Shown: positions 9,808 through 18,857 of the stretch, in pieces
Layout: every line of letters begins with the position of its first letter
How positions within the stretch are numbered: the first letter of the stretch is position 1
Assembly (NCBI GenBank): GCA_963766735.1
Contig: CAVYBU010000007.1
Coordinates: forward strand, 69,742-133,741
Direction of reading: 5' to 3'
DNA from: an uncultured Chloroflexia bacterium
GTDB lineage: Bacteria; Chloroflexota; Limnocylindria; Limnocylindrales; CSP1-4
DNA length: 64,000 bases
Notes under the pieces: generated by a model
Database searches by the model: none
Seen by the model: only the letters and a program-made list of their open reading frames with translations
Told to the model about the DNA's origin: nothing
Position numbers and translations under genes: made by a program

Positions 9808-10725
9808 TCAGCGGACCGGGCTGTGGGCCCAGGCCCCGAGCGGCAGGCGCGACCCGGCTCGGCTGTCGAGGGTCAGGGCCTCGCCGGTCGCCGGCACGCC
9901 GAAGTGCTCGCGGACGAGCGCCCCGAGTCGGTCCGCGTCGTAGCCTGGGGTGTGGGCGCTGAGCAGCACGAGCGAGGGGCGTGGCCCGACCAGGGCGGCC
10001 AGATCAGTCAGGAGCGGGCCCAGGTGGTCCTCGATCTGCCAGACACCCTCGCCGTGACCGTACGTGGGCGGATCCAGGACCACGCCGTCATACCGCCGGC
10101 CGCGGCGTCGTTCGCGCTTGACAAAGACCCGGGCATCGTCGATGAGCCAGCGGACCGGCTTGTCCGTCAGCCCGGACAGCTCCGCGTTGTGGCGGGCCCA
10201 CGCGACGGCGGGTCGCGACGAGTCCACGTGCGCGACGCGGGCACCCGCCCGGGCGCACGCCAGCGTGGCTCCACCCGTGTAGCCGAAGAGCGAGAGAACC
10301 TCCGGCGGGCGGCCGAGGCTCGCCAGCGCTGAACCCACGACCCGCTCAAGCCAGGTCCATGTGCCGGCATGCTCGGGGAAGACGCCCAGCTGGCCACCCG
10401 CCGCGGGACGGCACTCGAGGGTCAGCCCGCCGACCTGGACCGTCCATGGATCGAGGGCGGCACCGCGGACCCAGGCGCCCTTGCCCCACTTGAAGCTCGA
10501 GCGCTTCCACTCATCGGCAGGCAGCCGCTGGATCCAGTCTGCCGTCGGTGCGGGTCGGTCGACGATGGCCGCGCCGAATCGCTCCAGGCGCCGGCCGCCG
10601 CCACAGTCGAGAAGCTCGAGATCCGCCACGGCCCCATGGTCGCACGCATCGGCGATGGTTGGCACGAATTGCGGGTGCAACGGTGTCCACGACCGGGAGG
10701 TGGTGGCCGACACAGCGATCACCAC
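9808..10725 (-). CDS. class I SAM-dependent (rRNA) methyltransferase
   Basis: The track ORF 9808..11304 runs antisense through the tRNA-Val and the T-box. I trimmed it to the GTG at 10725, which is preceded by GGGAGA. A GYTGG ... VDSS ... DPP motif block is present. Confidence 0.65.
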   Translation of the reverse strand: MVIAVSATTSRSWTPLHPQFVPTIADACDHGAVADLELLDCGGGRRLERFGAAIVDRPAPTADWIQRLPADEWKRSSFKWGKGAWVRGAALDPWTVQVGGLTLECRPAAGGQLGVFPEHAGTWTWLERVVGSALASLGRPPEVLSLFGYTGGATLACARAGARVAHVDSSRPAVAWARHNAELSGLTDKPVRWLIDDARVFVKRERRRGRRYDGVVLDPPTYGHGEGVWQIEDHLGPLLTDLAALVGPRPSLVLLSAHTPGYDADRLGALVREHFGVPATGEALTLDSRAGSRLPLGAWAHSPVR

Positions 10726-10767
10726 CCGGGTCTCCCTCTCCGCGGTTCGTGGTATCTTCCCGGCCGA

Positions 10768-10844
10768 GGGCGATTGGCGCAGTTGGTTAGCGCGCATGCT
10801 TGACATGCATGAGGTCACTGGTTCGAATCCAGTATCGCCCACCA
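10768..10844 (+). tRNA. tRNA-Val (anticodon GAC)
   Basis: I folded a cloverleaf by hand. Acceptor stem GGGCGAT/ATCGCCC. D arm GCGC-AGTTGGTTA-GCGC. Anticodon stem CATGC/GCATG with loop TTGACAT (U33, anticodon GAC, A37). T arm ACTGG-TTCGAAT-CCAGT. Discriminator A and an encoded CCA. Confidence 0.9.
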
Positions 10845-10899
10845 TCCCCGGCCCTTGGGTCGAGGCATAGCGCGTCGAGCGGGACGCGCCCCACCGGGA

Positions 10900-11107
10900 C
10901 GTCGCCAGAGAGCGGGTGCCATCGGCTGCAAGCCCCGCAGACTCGACCGGTGGCGGCACCACCCGCGAGCGGCCGGTGAACCGGCCCGGGATCCGCCCGT
11001 TAGCGCGGCACGAGCGCACGTCGCCTGGCACCGGTGGCGTGAAGGCGGGTGGAACCGCGGGAGGTCGAACCTCTCGTCCTGTCAGGACGAGAGGTTCTGT
11101 GTTTCTC
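10900..11107 (+). promoter_or_regulatory. T-box riboswitch leader (probable Thr specifier) controlling thrS
   Basis: The conserved T-box elements occur in the canonical order. AGAGAG is at 10906-10911. The F box CCGTTA is at 10996-11001. The T box GGGTGGAACCGCGG is at 11047-11060. An intrinsic terminator follows at 11067-11107. ACC triplets at ~10957-10962 are candidate specifier codons. The element ends 14 nt before the thrS ATG. Confidence 0.8.
11067..11107 (+). terminator. intrinsic terminator of the T-box leader (GAACCTCTCGTCCTG-T-CAGGACGAGAGGTTC followed by TGTGTTTCTC)
   Basis: Perfect 15-nt inverted repeat followed by a T-rich tract. Its 5' arm can alternatively pair with the T-box sequence to form an antiterminator. 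Confidence 0.85.
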
Positions 11108-11120
11108 GGGAGCGTTGACG

Positions 11121-12975
11121 ATGGCTGAGGACAAGGCAGGAGCGGCGGTTGCCGCCGACGAGGATGAGATCGCGTTCGATGCCCCGGAGCGGGGCTCGGC
11201 GGACGAGCTGCTCGACGCGGGCGCCCACGCGCCCATCGACGCCATGCGGCACAGCACGGCGCACGTGATGGCCGAGGCCGTCCTGACGCTGTTCCCGGGC
11301 GCAAAGCTCGGGATCGGGCCGGCGATCGACAACGGCTTCTACTACGACTTCGAGCTGCCGCGCCCGCTCACGCCGGATGACCTCGCCGCCATCGAAGCCG
11401 GGATGCAGGGGAGCGTCGCCGCGGACCACGCCTTCGTGCGGCGCGAGGTCGCGTTCGACGAGGGCCGCGCCATCGAGGAGTCGGATGGCCAGGGCTTCAA
11501 GGTTGAGATCCTGGACGACCTCGCGAGCAAGGCGGCCGACGCGGCCGAGCCCCTGCCGCCGGTCACGTTCTACGAGCACGGCCCATTCCGCGACCTGTGC
11601 AAGGGCCCACACGTGGGGTCGACCGGCCACATCGGCCCGTTCAAGCTCCTGGCGGTCGCGGGTGCCTACTGGCGCGGGGACGAGAAGCGGCCGATGCTCC
11701 AGCGGATCTACGGCACCGTCTGGGAGACGCAGGACGAGCTGGACCTGTACCTGACCCGCCGCGAGGAGGCGAAGAAGCGCGACCACCGCAAGCTCGGCGC
11801 GCAGCTCGACCTGTACAGCTTCCACGACGTGTCGCCCGGGTCCGCGTTCTGGCATCCAAAGGGCCAGCGGATCTGGCGAACGCTGGAGACCGCGATGCGC
11901 GACCTGCAGGAACGCCGCGGATACGAGGAAGTGTCCACGCCGATCCTCGTCTCCGAGACGGCTGTGGCGCCAGTCCGGGCACTGGGACCACTACGCGGAC
12001 AACATGTTCATCGTCGAATCGGAGGGGCAGAAGTTCAGCCTCAAGCCGATGAACTGCCCTGAGTCCACGTATATCTACCGGAGCCACCTGCGCTCCTACC
12101 GCGACCTGCCGCTGCGTTTCAACGAGTACGGCCGGCTCCACCGCAACGAGCGCTCCGGCGCGCTCTCCGGCCTGACACGGGTGCGCCAGTTCATCCAGGA
12201 CGACGCCCACGTCTACGTGCGTCCGGACCAGCTGAGCGAGGAGATCGAGGCCCTGGTCGGTGAGGTCCGCGAGGCATTCGGATGGTTCGGGCTCAACCCG
12301 CGATTCGCGTTCGCCACGCGGCCCGACAAGGCGATCGGCGATCCTGCCCTGTGGGAGATGGCCGAGCGCCTGATCAAGGAGGCCCTCGACCGAACCGGCG
12401 GCGACTACGTCGTGAAGCCCAAGGACGGCACGTTCTACGCACCCAAGATCGACATCTACATCGACGACGCGCTCGGTCGGGAATGGCAGATGGCCACGAT
12501 CCAGGTTGACCTCACGATGCTGCCGGAGCGGTTCGACCTGACGTACATCGACGAGGACGGGCAGCCGAAGCGCCCGATGGCCATCCACCGGGCGATCTAC
12601 GGCTCGCTGGAGCGGTTCATCGGGATCCTGGTGGAGCACTTCGCCGGGGCGTTCCCGCTCTGGATCGCGCCCGTGCAGGCGGTGGTCATCCCGATCGCCG
12701 ATCGCCACGTGGACGCCGCGCGGGAGCTCGCCTCCGAGCTGCGCGCCGCGGGCGTGCGGTTCGTGGAGGTGGACGCATCCGACAACCGGATGCAGAACAA
12801 GATCCGTCTGGCCCAGGGTCAGAAGGTCCCGTACATGCTTATCCTCGGCGACCGCGAAGTGGAGGCCAGGACAGCGTCCATTCGCAGCCGCGACGGATCG
12901 CAGGAGCAGGGCGTTTCCTGGACGGACCTGGCCGTGCGCCTCGGTGACGAGATCCGGGAGCGGAGCCTGGGGTAG
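11121..12975 (+). pseudogene. thrS: threonine--tRNA ligase (TGS-less form) with reading frame broken by a single-base insertion near 11958-11962
   Basis: Track ORFs 11049..12062 (frame 0) and 12004..12975 (frame 1) together align colinearly with ThrRS. They cover the N2 domain (RHSTAHVMAEAV), the catalytic core (KPMNCPESTY ... RVRQFIQDDAHVY) and the anticodon-binding domain. The join reads ...[22 protein letters not shown] once one G is removed from ACGGCTG. Confidence 0.85.
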
Positions 12976-13165
12976 GGGAGGATGATCGCCGGAGCAGGCG
13001 TATCGGGGGGCTGACGGGCCCGACCGGGCGCCGGACGGGGAGGCCCCGTACCCCTCCCGTTCGTTGCGGGCGTTCGAACCCCTGTGCTATCCTCCCGCGG
13101 CGATTGCGCACGATATTTTGGTGTGCGCCGCAGTGCCCAAGTCATTCGAGCAGAGGGACCACGCC

Positions 13166-13843
13166 ATCAGTCGAGACCTGCGCATCAACCAGATGATCCG
13201 TGTCCCCCAGGTCCGGGTCCTCGACGAAGATGGCTCACAGCTCGGTGTCATGGCGACGCCGCAGGCCATGGAAATGGCACAGGAGCGGGGTCTCGATCTC
13301 GTCGAGGTCGCTCCCACGGCAGCCCCACCGGTTGTCAAGTTCCTCGACTATGGCCAGTACAAGTACGAGCTGACCAAGCGCGAGAAAGAGGCGAAGCGCA
13401 AGCAGCGCTCGGTGGAGTTCAAGGAAGTCCGCCTCTCGCCCAAGATCGGTATCGGCGATTTCGAGACCAAGGTTCATCGCGCAATCGAGTTCCTCGAGGA
13501 TGGCGACCGGATCAAGGTCACCGTCCGCTTCCGCGGCCGGGAGCTCACACATCCCGAAATCGGGAGGGCACTCCTTGCCAAGTTCGGCGAGGAGGTCAAG
13601 GAGCACGGGACCGTAGACCGGACGCCGGCACTCGAAGGCAAGTCCATGTTCATGACCCTGCTCTCGGTCCACAAGCCGAAGGTCCACGAGCACCGCAACC
13701 CGGCGACGACAGCCAAGGCGCCGACAGCCGAGGCGCGACAGCCGAGGCGCGACAGCGGACGCACCAACACCCGACGCACCAACACCCGACGCACCAACAC
13801 CGAAGGCCAACAAGCCGACGGTCAAGGCAGACACCGCACCTGA
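13166..13843 (+). CDS. infC: translation initiation factor IF-3 (non-canonical ATC start); 3' end uncertain
   Basis: The IF-3 core runs from ISRDLRINQMIRVPQVRVLDEDG to LSVHKPK. The ATC at 13166 sits 7 nt after AGAGGGA, consistent with the classic AUU/AUC autoregulatory IF-3 start. The 13064 track start lies upstream of the conserved N-terminus. A low-complexity tail may instead continue in another frame to 13930 (see findings). Confidence 0.8.
   Translation: MSRDLRINQMIRVPQVRVLDEDGSQLGVMATPQAMEMAQERGLDLVEVAPTAAPPVVKFLDYGQYKYELTKREKEAKRKQRSVEFKEVRLSPKIGIGDFETKVHRAIEFLEDGDRIKVTVRFRGRELTHPEIGRALLAKFGEEVKEHGTVDRTPALEGKSMFMTLLSVHKPKVHEHRNPATTAKAPTAEARQPRRDSGRTNTRRTNTRRTNTEGQQADGQGRHRT
13722..13802 (+). 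repeat. short tandem repeats in the infC 3' region: CGACAGCCGAGGCG x2 (13722-13749) and GACGCACCAACACCC x3 (13758-13802)
   Basis: Direct inspection of the sequence. The 15-nt unit preserves frame and encodes RTNTR x3 in the IF-3 frame or DAPTP x3 in frame 0. Confidence 0.8.
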
Positions 13844-13938
13844 TAGCCCGGCCGCCGTTCCGGCCGAAGCCCCGTCCAACCCGACGCCCACCGCCCCGCC
13901 GGCGGCCGAGGCGGCGCCAGCAGGAGAGTGAGGCCAGC

Positions 13939-14136
13939 GTGCCGAAGATGAAGACCCACAAGGGGACCCAGAAGCGAGTCGGGGTCACCGGCAGTGGGAA
14001 GTTCGTTCGCGTGAAGTCCTGGCGTGGACATCATCTCGAGCTCAAGTCGTCGCGCCGCACGCGTCGCTACGCGGGCAAGGCGGTCGTCGGCCCCGAGCAC
14101 CAGGAGCAGCTGCGCCGCCTGCTGCCGTACCTTTAG
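13939..14136 (+). CDS. rpmI: 50S ribosomal protein L35
   Basis: GTG start with GGAGAG 10 nt upstream. The translation MPKMKTHKGTQKRV ... LLPYL is typical of L35. It is hidden inside the long track ORF 13084..14136. Confidence 0.85.
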   Translation: MPKMKTHKGTQKRVGVTGSGKFVRVKSWRGHHLELKSSRRTRRYAGKAVVGPEHQEQLRRLLPYL

Positions 14137-14145
14137 GAGCAAGCG

Positions 14146-14496
14146 ATGGCACGCGTCAAGCGGGGCGTCACGTCCCACAAGCGCCACAAGCGCCTGCTCA
14201 ATGCCTCTGAAGGCCGGACCGGCACGAACCGCAAGCTGGTCAAGAGGGCGCACGAGGCCCAGCTGCATGCGCTCGCGTACGCAACCCGGGACCGCAAGCA
14301 GCGCAAGCGCGACATGCGCCGGCTGTGGATCATCCGGATCAACGCAGCTGCACGCATGAACGGCATCACCTACGGGCATTTCATCAACGGCCTCAGGAAG
14401 GCCCACGTCGAGATCGATCGGAAGATCCTGGCCGACCTCGCCGTGCGTGACGCCGCGACCTTCGGCAAGATCGCCGAGGTCGCCCGCGGCGCCTGA
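14146..14496 (+). CDS. rplT: 50S ribosomal protein L20
   Basis: [18 protein letters not shown] ... gives a full-length L20 match, in infC-rpmI-rplT synteny. Confidence 0.95.
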   Translation: MARVKRGVTSHKRHKRLLNASEGRTGTNRKLVKRAHEAQLHALAYATRDRKQRKRDMRRLWIIRINAAARMNGITYGHFINGLRKAHVEIDRKILADLAVRDAATFGKIAEVARGA

Positions 14497-14606
14497 CCTT
14501 CTCGGTCGCCCCGCCCGGACCCTCGACGTCCTCGACGCTCGGGGGTTCGTGATTCACGGGGCCTGGGCAGCCCACTGGAACCCGCATCGGACCCGGAACC
14601 CTGCTG

Positions 14607-15647
14607 ATGGACCTCACCCAGCTCACCTCGGACCTCGACCTGCTCCGTGACCGAGCCGTCGGCGCGGCCGCGGCCGCCCCGGACACAGGCGCGCTCGACG
14701 CCCTCGAGGTCGAGGTGCTCGGCAAGAAGGGCGAACTGACCGCGGTTCTCCGCGGGATCGGCGGCCTGCCGGCGGAGGATCGTCCGAAGGTGGGTGCGGT
14801 AGCCAACCAGGTGCGGATGGGGATCGAGGCTGCTCTTGCGGAGGCCCGCAACCGGCTGGGTGGAGCCGAGCTGGCGGCCCGTCTCCGTGCGGAGGCGGTG
14901 GACGTCACGACACCGGGTCGTCCGGTCCGGAGGGGCAGCCTGCACCCGATCATGGAGACCACCCGCGAGATCGCGGAGGTCTTCGCCCAGTTTGGTTTCG
15001 TCGTCTACGAAGGCCCCGAGGTCGAGGATGACGTCACGAACTTCCAGATGCTCAACATCCCGCCGGACCATCCGGCGCGCGATCTGTGGGACACGCTCTA
15101 CCTGGACGTCGGGGGTCGCCTGCTGCGCACGCACACCAGCCCCGGGCAGATCAGGGTGATGCACCAGGAGCGGCCGCCGATCCGCGCCCTGTTGCCGGGA
15201 CGGTGCTTCCGGTACGAGGCCGTGGACGCCAGCCACGCCTCGGAGTTCTTCCAGGTCGAGGGCCTGATGATCGACGAGGGCACATCGATGGCGGACCTCA
15301 AGGGCCTGCTCGACCAGTTCGCCCACGCGATGTTCGGCGCCGACCGCGCCACGCGCTTCCGGCCGGGCTACTACCCGTTCACCGAACCATCCGTCGCGTT
15401 CGACATCCTGTGTGTCATCTGTGATGGGGAGAAGTGCCCCGCATGCTCGCGCACCGGCTGGATGACCATTCTCGGAGCCGGCATGGTTCACCCGGTGGTT
15501 CTCCGGTACGGCGGCATCGATCCGGAGCGGTACCAGGGCTTCGCGTTCGGCATGGGCGTCGAACGGATCGCAAACCTGCGCCACGCCGTGGCGGACCTCC
15601 GTCTCTACATGGAGGACGACCTGCGCTTCCTGGGAGCGTTCCGATGA
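14607..15647 (+). CDS. pheS: phenylalanine--tRNA ligase alpha subunit
   Basis: 346 aa carrying the class II aaRS motifs of PheS (FRPGYYPFTEPS ... GMGVERI). Confidence 0.95.
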   Translation: MDLTQLTSDLDLLRDRAVGAAAAAPDTGALDALEVEVLGKKGELTAVLRGIGGLPAEDRPKVGAVANQVRMGIEAALAEARNRLGGAELAARLRAEAVDVTTPGRPVRRGSLHPIMETTREIAEVFAQFGFVVYEGPEVEDDVTNFQMLNIPPDHPARDLWDTLYLDVGGRLLRTHTSPGQIRVMHQERPPIRALLPGRCFRYEAVDASHASEFFQVEGLMIDEGTSMADLKGLLDQFAHAMFGADRATRFRPGYYPFTEPSVAFDILCVICDGEKCPACSRTGWMTILGAGMVHPVVLRYGGIDPERYQGFAFGMGVERIANLRHAVADLRLYMEDDLRFLGAFR

Positions 15648-18148
15648 GGGTGCCCATCTCCTGGCTGCGCGAATTCGTGGATGTGCAGCTCACCCCGGAG
15701 CAGCTGGCCGAGCGGCTGACCCTCCTCGGCATGGAGGTCAAGACGATCGAGCGCTGGGGCGCCGACTGGCAGCACGTCGTCACGGGCGAGTTGCTCACGG
15801 TGGAGCGGCATCCCCGGGCGGACCGGCTCTCGCTCACCACGGTCACCCTCGGCGATGGTGGCGAGCCGATGTCCATCGTGTGCGGTGCGACGAACATCGC
15901 TCCCGGCCAGCGCGTCCCCGTGGCCGTCCCCGGGGCGGTGCTGCCCGGCGACCGCCGGATCGAGCGCGCCGAGAAGATGGGCGTGGTCTCCAACGGCATG
16001 CTCTGCTCGGGCGAGGAGCTTCGACTCACGGGCGACGGCGACGGCATTCTGATCCTGCCCGCCGACACGCCGCTCGGCGTCCCGCTGGCCGACCTCTACG
16101 GTGACGTGATCCTGGACGTGGACGTCAAGCCCAATCGCGGCGACGCGCTGTCCATCCTGGGTCTCGCCCGTGAGGTTGCGGCGGCCACGCGCCAGCAGGT
16201 CCGCCTGCCGGAGGTCGTCGTGGTGGAGGGCGGCGGCGCACACCTCTCGGAGCGTCTTGTCGTCGACGTCCGGGACCCGGATCTCTGCCCGCGGTTCGTC
16301 GGGCGGTGGGTCAGTGGCGTCACGGTGGGACCGTCACCGGACCACGTCCAGATGCGCCTGCTCGCGGCCGGCCAGCGGCCGATCTCGAACGTCGTGGACG
16401 CATCCAACTACGTCCTGCTCGAGATCGGCAAGCCTATCCACACCTTCGACGGAGCGGCCGTCACGGCCGGTCCAGACGGACGCGCCGCGATCGTCGTCCG
16501 GCGTGCAACGGCCGGGGAGCACCTCGAGACGCTGGATCATGTCGATCGCGAGTTGAGCCCGGACACCCTGCTCATCGCTGATGCCGCAGGGCCGCTCGCC
16601 ATCGCCGGCGTCATGGGCGGGGCGGCGTCGGAGGTCTCCGAGGCCACGTCCGAGGTCATGGTCGAGTCCGCCATCTTCGATGCTGTCAGCATCCGCCGGA
16701 CCGCGCAGCGCCTCGCGCTCCGTTCCGAGGCGTCGTCGCGCTTCGAGAAGGGCCAGGAGTTCCGCCTCGCTCGCACGGGGGCCGACCGCGCCGCGCAGCT
16801 CGTCCAAGCCTGGGCGGGAGGCGAGATCCTGCCCGGCATGGTGGACACGGCCCCGGTGGAGCCGGCGCCCACGAGGGTTGCCTTCAGGCCCGCCCGCGTG
16901 AACCGACTGCTCGGAACGGACCTCACTGCCGATGAGCAGCAAGACCTCCTGGGACGCATAGGCGTCGTCACCGAGCCGGTTGCCGCAGGGGAGGCCGTCG
17001 TGGTCGCGCTGCTGCCGGATCCGCTGTTCGTGACTCCCGGTGCGGGCGAGGCCCTGGCCGCTGTCGTCCCCACCTGGCGCCGGGACATCGCGATCGAAGC
17101 CGACGTTGCCGAGGAGATCGCCCGCGTCCGCGGTTACGAGCTCGTCCCATCCGTGACCCCGGATACGCTGATGCCCGGGTTCCGTCCCTCTCCCCTGGAG
17201 GTCCGGGAGCTGGTCCGTGAGACGCTCGCCGGCGCCGGCCTGACCGAGGTGGTCACCACCGCGCTTGTCTCGCCTCGTCACATCGAGACCTTCGCCCTGG
17301 CCCGCGAGGTGCCGTCGGTCGGCGATGAGGACCAGCCCGGTGGTGAGACGATCGGCGTCGGCAATCCACTCTCGCGGGACCACTCGCTGCTCCGGAGGAA
17401 CCTGTTCGGCAGCCTCCTGGACGTGGTGGGAGTCAATCTCCGACACGGAACCGAGGACGTCGCGGTCTTCGAGATCGGCAAGGGCTACGCGCGAACCGGC
17501 GAGGCACCGCGCGAGTGGTGGCGCCTGGGCTTCGCGCTCGTCGGTGCCGCCGAGCCCCGGGCCTGGAGTCGCGTCCACCGCGAATACGACCTCGATGACG
17601 CCAAGGGGATCCTGGAGCTGCTGGCGCACCGACTTGGCCTTGGGCCGATCACCTACACCCCAGAGCCAGGCGAGGCGGTCTTCCACCCGGGTCGCACCGC
17701 GCGCGCGAACGTCGGTGACACGCTGCACGCGGTCGTCGGCGAGTTGCACCCGGACGCCGTCGATGCCTGGGAGCTTCGGACGACGAACCGCGTCCTCGTC
17801 GCGGAGGTGGCGGTCGCCGGGCTTGCCGCCGGTCGCCTGGCCCCGGAACGGGCGCCCACCGTGGGTCGCTATCCAGAGGTCGATCGTGACCTCGCCATCG
17901 TGATCCCAGCTGCCACAGCAGCCGCCGACGTCGAGGCGCTCGTGCTCGCCCATGCCGGTGAGCTGCTCCGTGACGTCCGGCTGTTCGACATCTACCGCGG
18001 CGTTCCCCTGGCCGGCGACGAGAAGAGCCTCGCGTTCCGCCTGCGGTTCGCGGCTGCCGGACGCACCCTGACCGAGGGTGAGGTCGAGGCGGCCGTCGCC
18101 GCGGTCCTCGAGGCGCTCCCGGCCATCGGAGGCCGCCTCCGGGCCTGA
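15644..18148 (+). CDS. pheT: phenylalanine--tRNA ligase beta subunit
   Basis: The ATG overlaps the pheS stop (ATGA). The N-terminus MRVPISWLREFVD is typical of PheT. 834 aa. The track start at 15434 is an upstream extension in the overlapping frame. Confidence 0.9.
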   Translation: MRVPISWLREFVDVQLTPEQLAERLTLLGMEVKTIERWGADWQHVVTGELLTVERHPRADRLSLTTVTLGDGGEPMSIVCGATNIAPGQRVPVAVPGAVLPGDRRIERAEKMGVVSNGMLCSGEELRLTGDGDGILILPADTPLGVPLADLYGDVILDVDVKPNRGDALSILGLAREVAAATRQQVRLPEVVVVEGGGAHLSERLVVDVRDPDLCPRFVGRWVSGVTVGPSPDHVQMRLLAAGQRPISNVVDASNYVLLEIGKPIHTFDGAAVTAGPDGRAAIVVRRATAGEHLETLDHVDRELSPDTLLIADAAGPLAIAGVMGGAASEVSEATSEVMVESAIFDAVSIRRTAQRLALRSEASSRFEKGQEFRLARTGADRAAQLVQAWAGGEILPGMVDTAPVEPAPTRVAFRPARVNRLLGTDLTADEQQDLLGRIGVVTEPVAAGEAVVVALLPDPLFVTPGAGEALAAVVPTWRRDIAIEADVAEEIARVRGYELVPSVTPDTLMPGFRPSPLEVRELVRETLAGAGLTEVVTTALVSPRHIETFALAREVPSVGDEDQPGGETIGVGNPLSRDHSLLRRNLFGSLLDVVGVNLRHGTEDVAVFEIGKGYARTGEAPREWWRLGFALVGAAEPRAWSRVHREYDLDDAKGILELLAHRLGLGPITYTPEPGEAVFHPGRTARANVGDTLHAVVGELHPDAVDAWELRTTNRVLVAEVAVAGLAAGRLAPERAPTVGRYPEVDRDLAIVIPAATAAADVEALVLAHAGELLRDVRLFDIYRGVPLAGDEKSLAFRLRFAAAGRTLTEGEVEAAVAAVLEALPAIGGRLRA

Positions 18149-18275
18149 CGCCCCGTTTCGGTGTCGCTCGGGGGCACCACGCCCGTTGCGGTCGGCTTCC
18201 AGGCGCTGCTACCCTTCGGCGGGGCTTTCGCCCAGTTCCCGGGGTCGCCGGCGTCGCGAAGATGGGTGCGTGAAC

Positions 18276-18857
18276 ATGACGGAGTTCCTGAACACGATCA
18301 GCTTGGTCGACATCCTGATCCTCCTCGGCCTGTTCGCGTTCTTCATCCTGGGCTGGGCCCAAGGCACGATTCGCCGGCTGATCGGCATCGCGTCGATGAC
18401 GTTCTCGTTCTTCCTGGCCGCCGTGCTCCATGTCCCCCTGGGCAGGTTCCTCACGGAGAACTGGACCCAGTTCCCGCCGGAGTACAGCGTGATGATCGGG
18501 TTCCTCACGCTGTTCGTCGCGGGGGTCGTCGCGACCACGCTGGTGATCCAGGGCACCTACAGCAAGACCGAGATCTTCGCGGAGCACCCGATCGTCGACG
18601 AGGTCCTCGGTGGCGTGCTGGGCGTGGTGCAGGGGTTCCTGCTCCTGATGTTCGTGACGATCATCCTGGACCAGTTCTTCCTCTACACGAACATCCCACC
18701 CGATGCGGACGAGCTGCCGTTCCTGCGCGACATCTGGACGCAGATCGACGCCTCGGCCATCGGGCAGGCGCTGCACGAGTCGATCATCCCGGTGTTCCTC
18801 GGCATCTTCTCGTTCATCCTGCCGGAGAGCGTCACGGTCCTCTACGAGATCGGGTGA
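18276..18857 (+). CDS. CvpA family membrane protein
   Basis: Four TM helices and the CvpA-like pattern MTEFLNTISLVDILILLGLFAFFILGW.QG. Confidence 0.75.
   Translation: MTEFLNTISLVDILILLGLFAFFILGWAQGTIRRLIGIASMTFSFFLAAVLHVPLGRFLTENWTQFPPEYSVMIGFLTLFVAGVVATTLVIQGTYSKTEIFAEHPIVDEVLGGVLGVVQGFLLLMFVTIILDQFFLYTNIPPDADELPFLRDIWTQIDASAIGQALHESIIPVFLGIFSFILPESVTVLYEIG

Noticed and set aside
11067-11107. Hairpin interpreted as the tRNA-Val terminator
   Set aside because: It lies 220 nt downstream of the tRNA, directly after the T-box sequence, and its 5' arm can form the antiterminator. It is the T-box terminator, though it would also stop tRNA read-through.
9808-11304. 498-aa minus-strand ORF from the track
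   Set aside because: Its 5' 190 codons run antisense through tRNA-Val and the T-box leader. I trimmed the methyltransferase to the GTG at 10725, which has an RBS.
13084-14136. 350-aa ORF spanning infC and rpmI
   Set aside because: It is off-frame through infC (Arg/Pro-rich). Only its last 65 codons, rpmI, are real.
14497-14606. Possible T-box upstream of pheS
   Set aside because: No GGGTGGNACCGCG-like T-box sequence and no F box. Also none upstream of tyrS, where only about 47-95 nt are available.
16334-18776. Minus-strand ORFs 16334..17953 and 17649..18776
   Set aside because: Both lie antisense to pheT and cvpA. High-GC frame artefacts.
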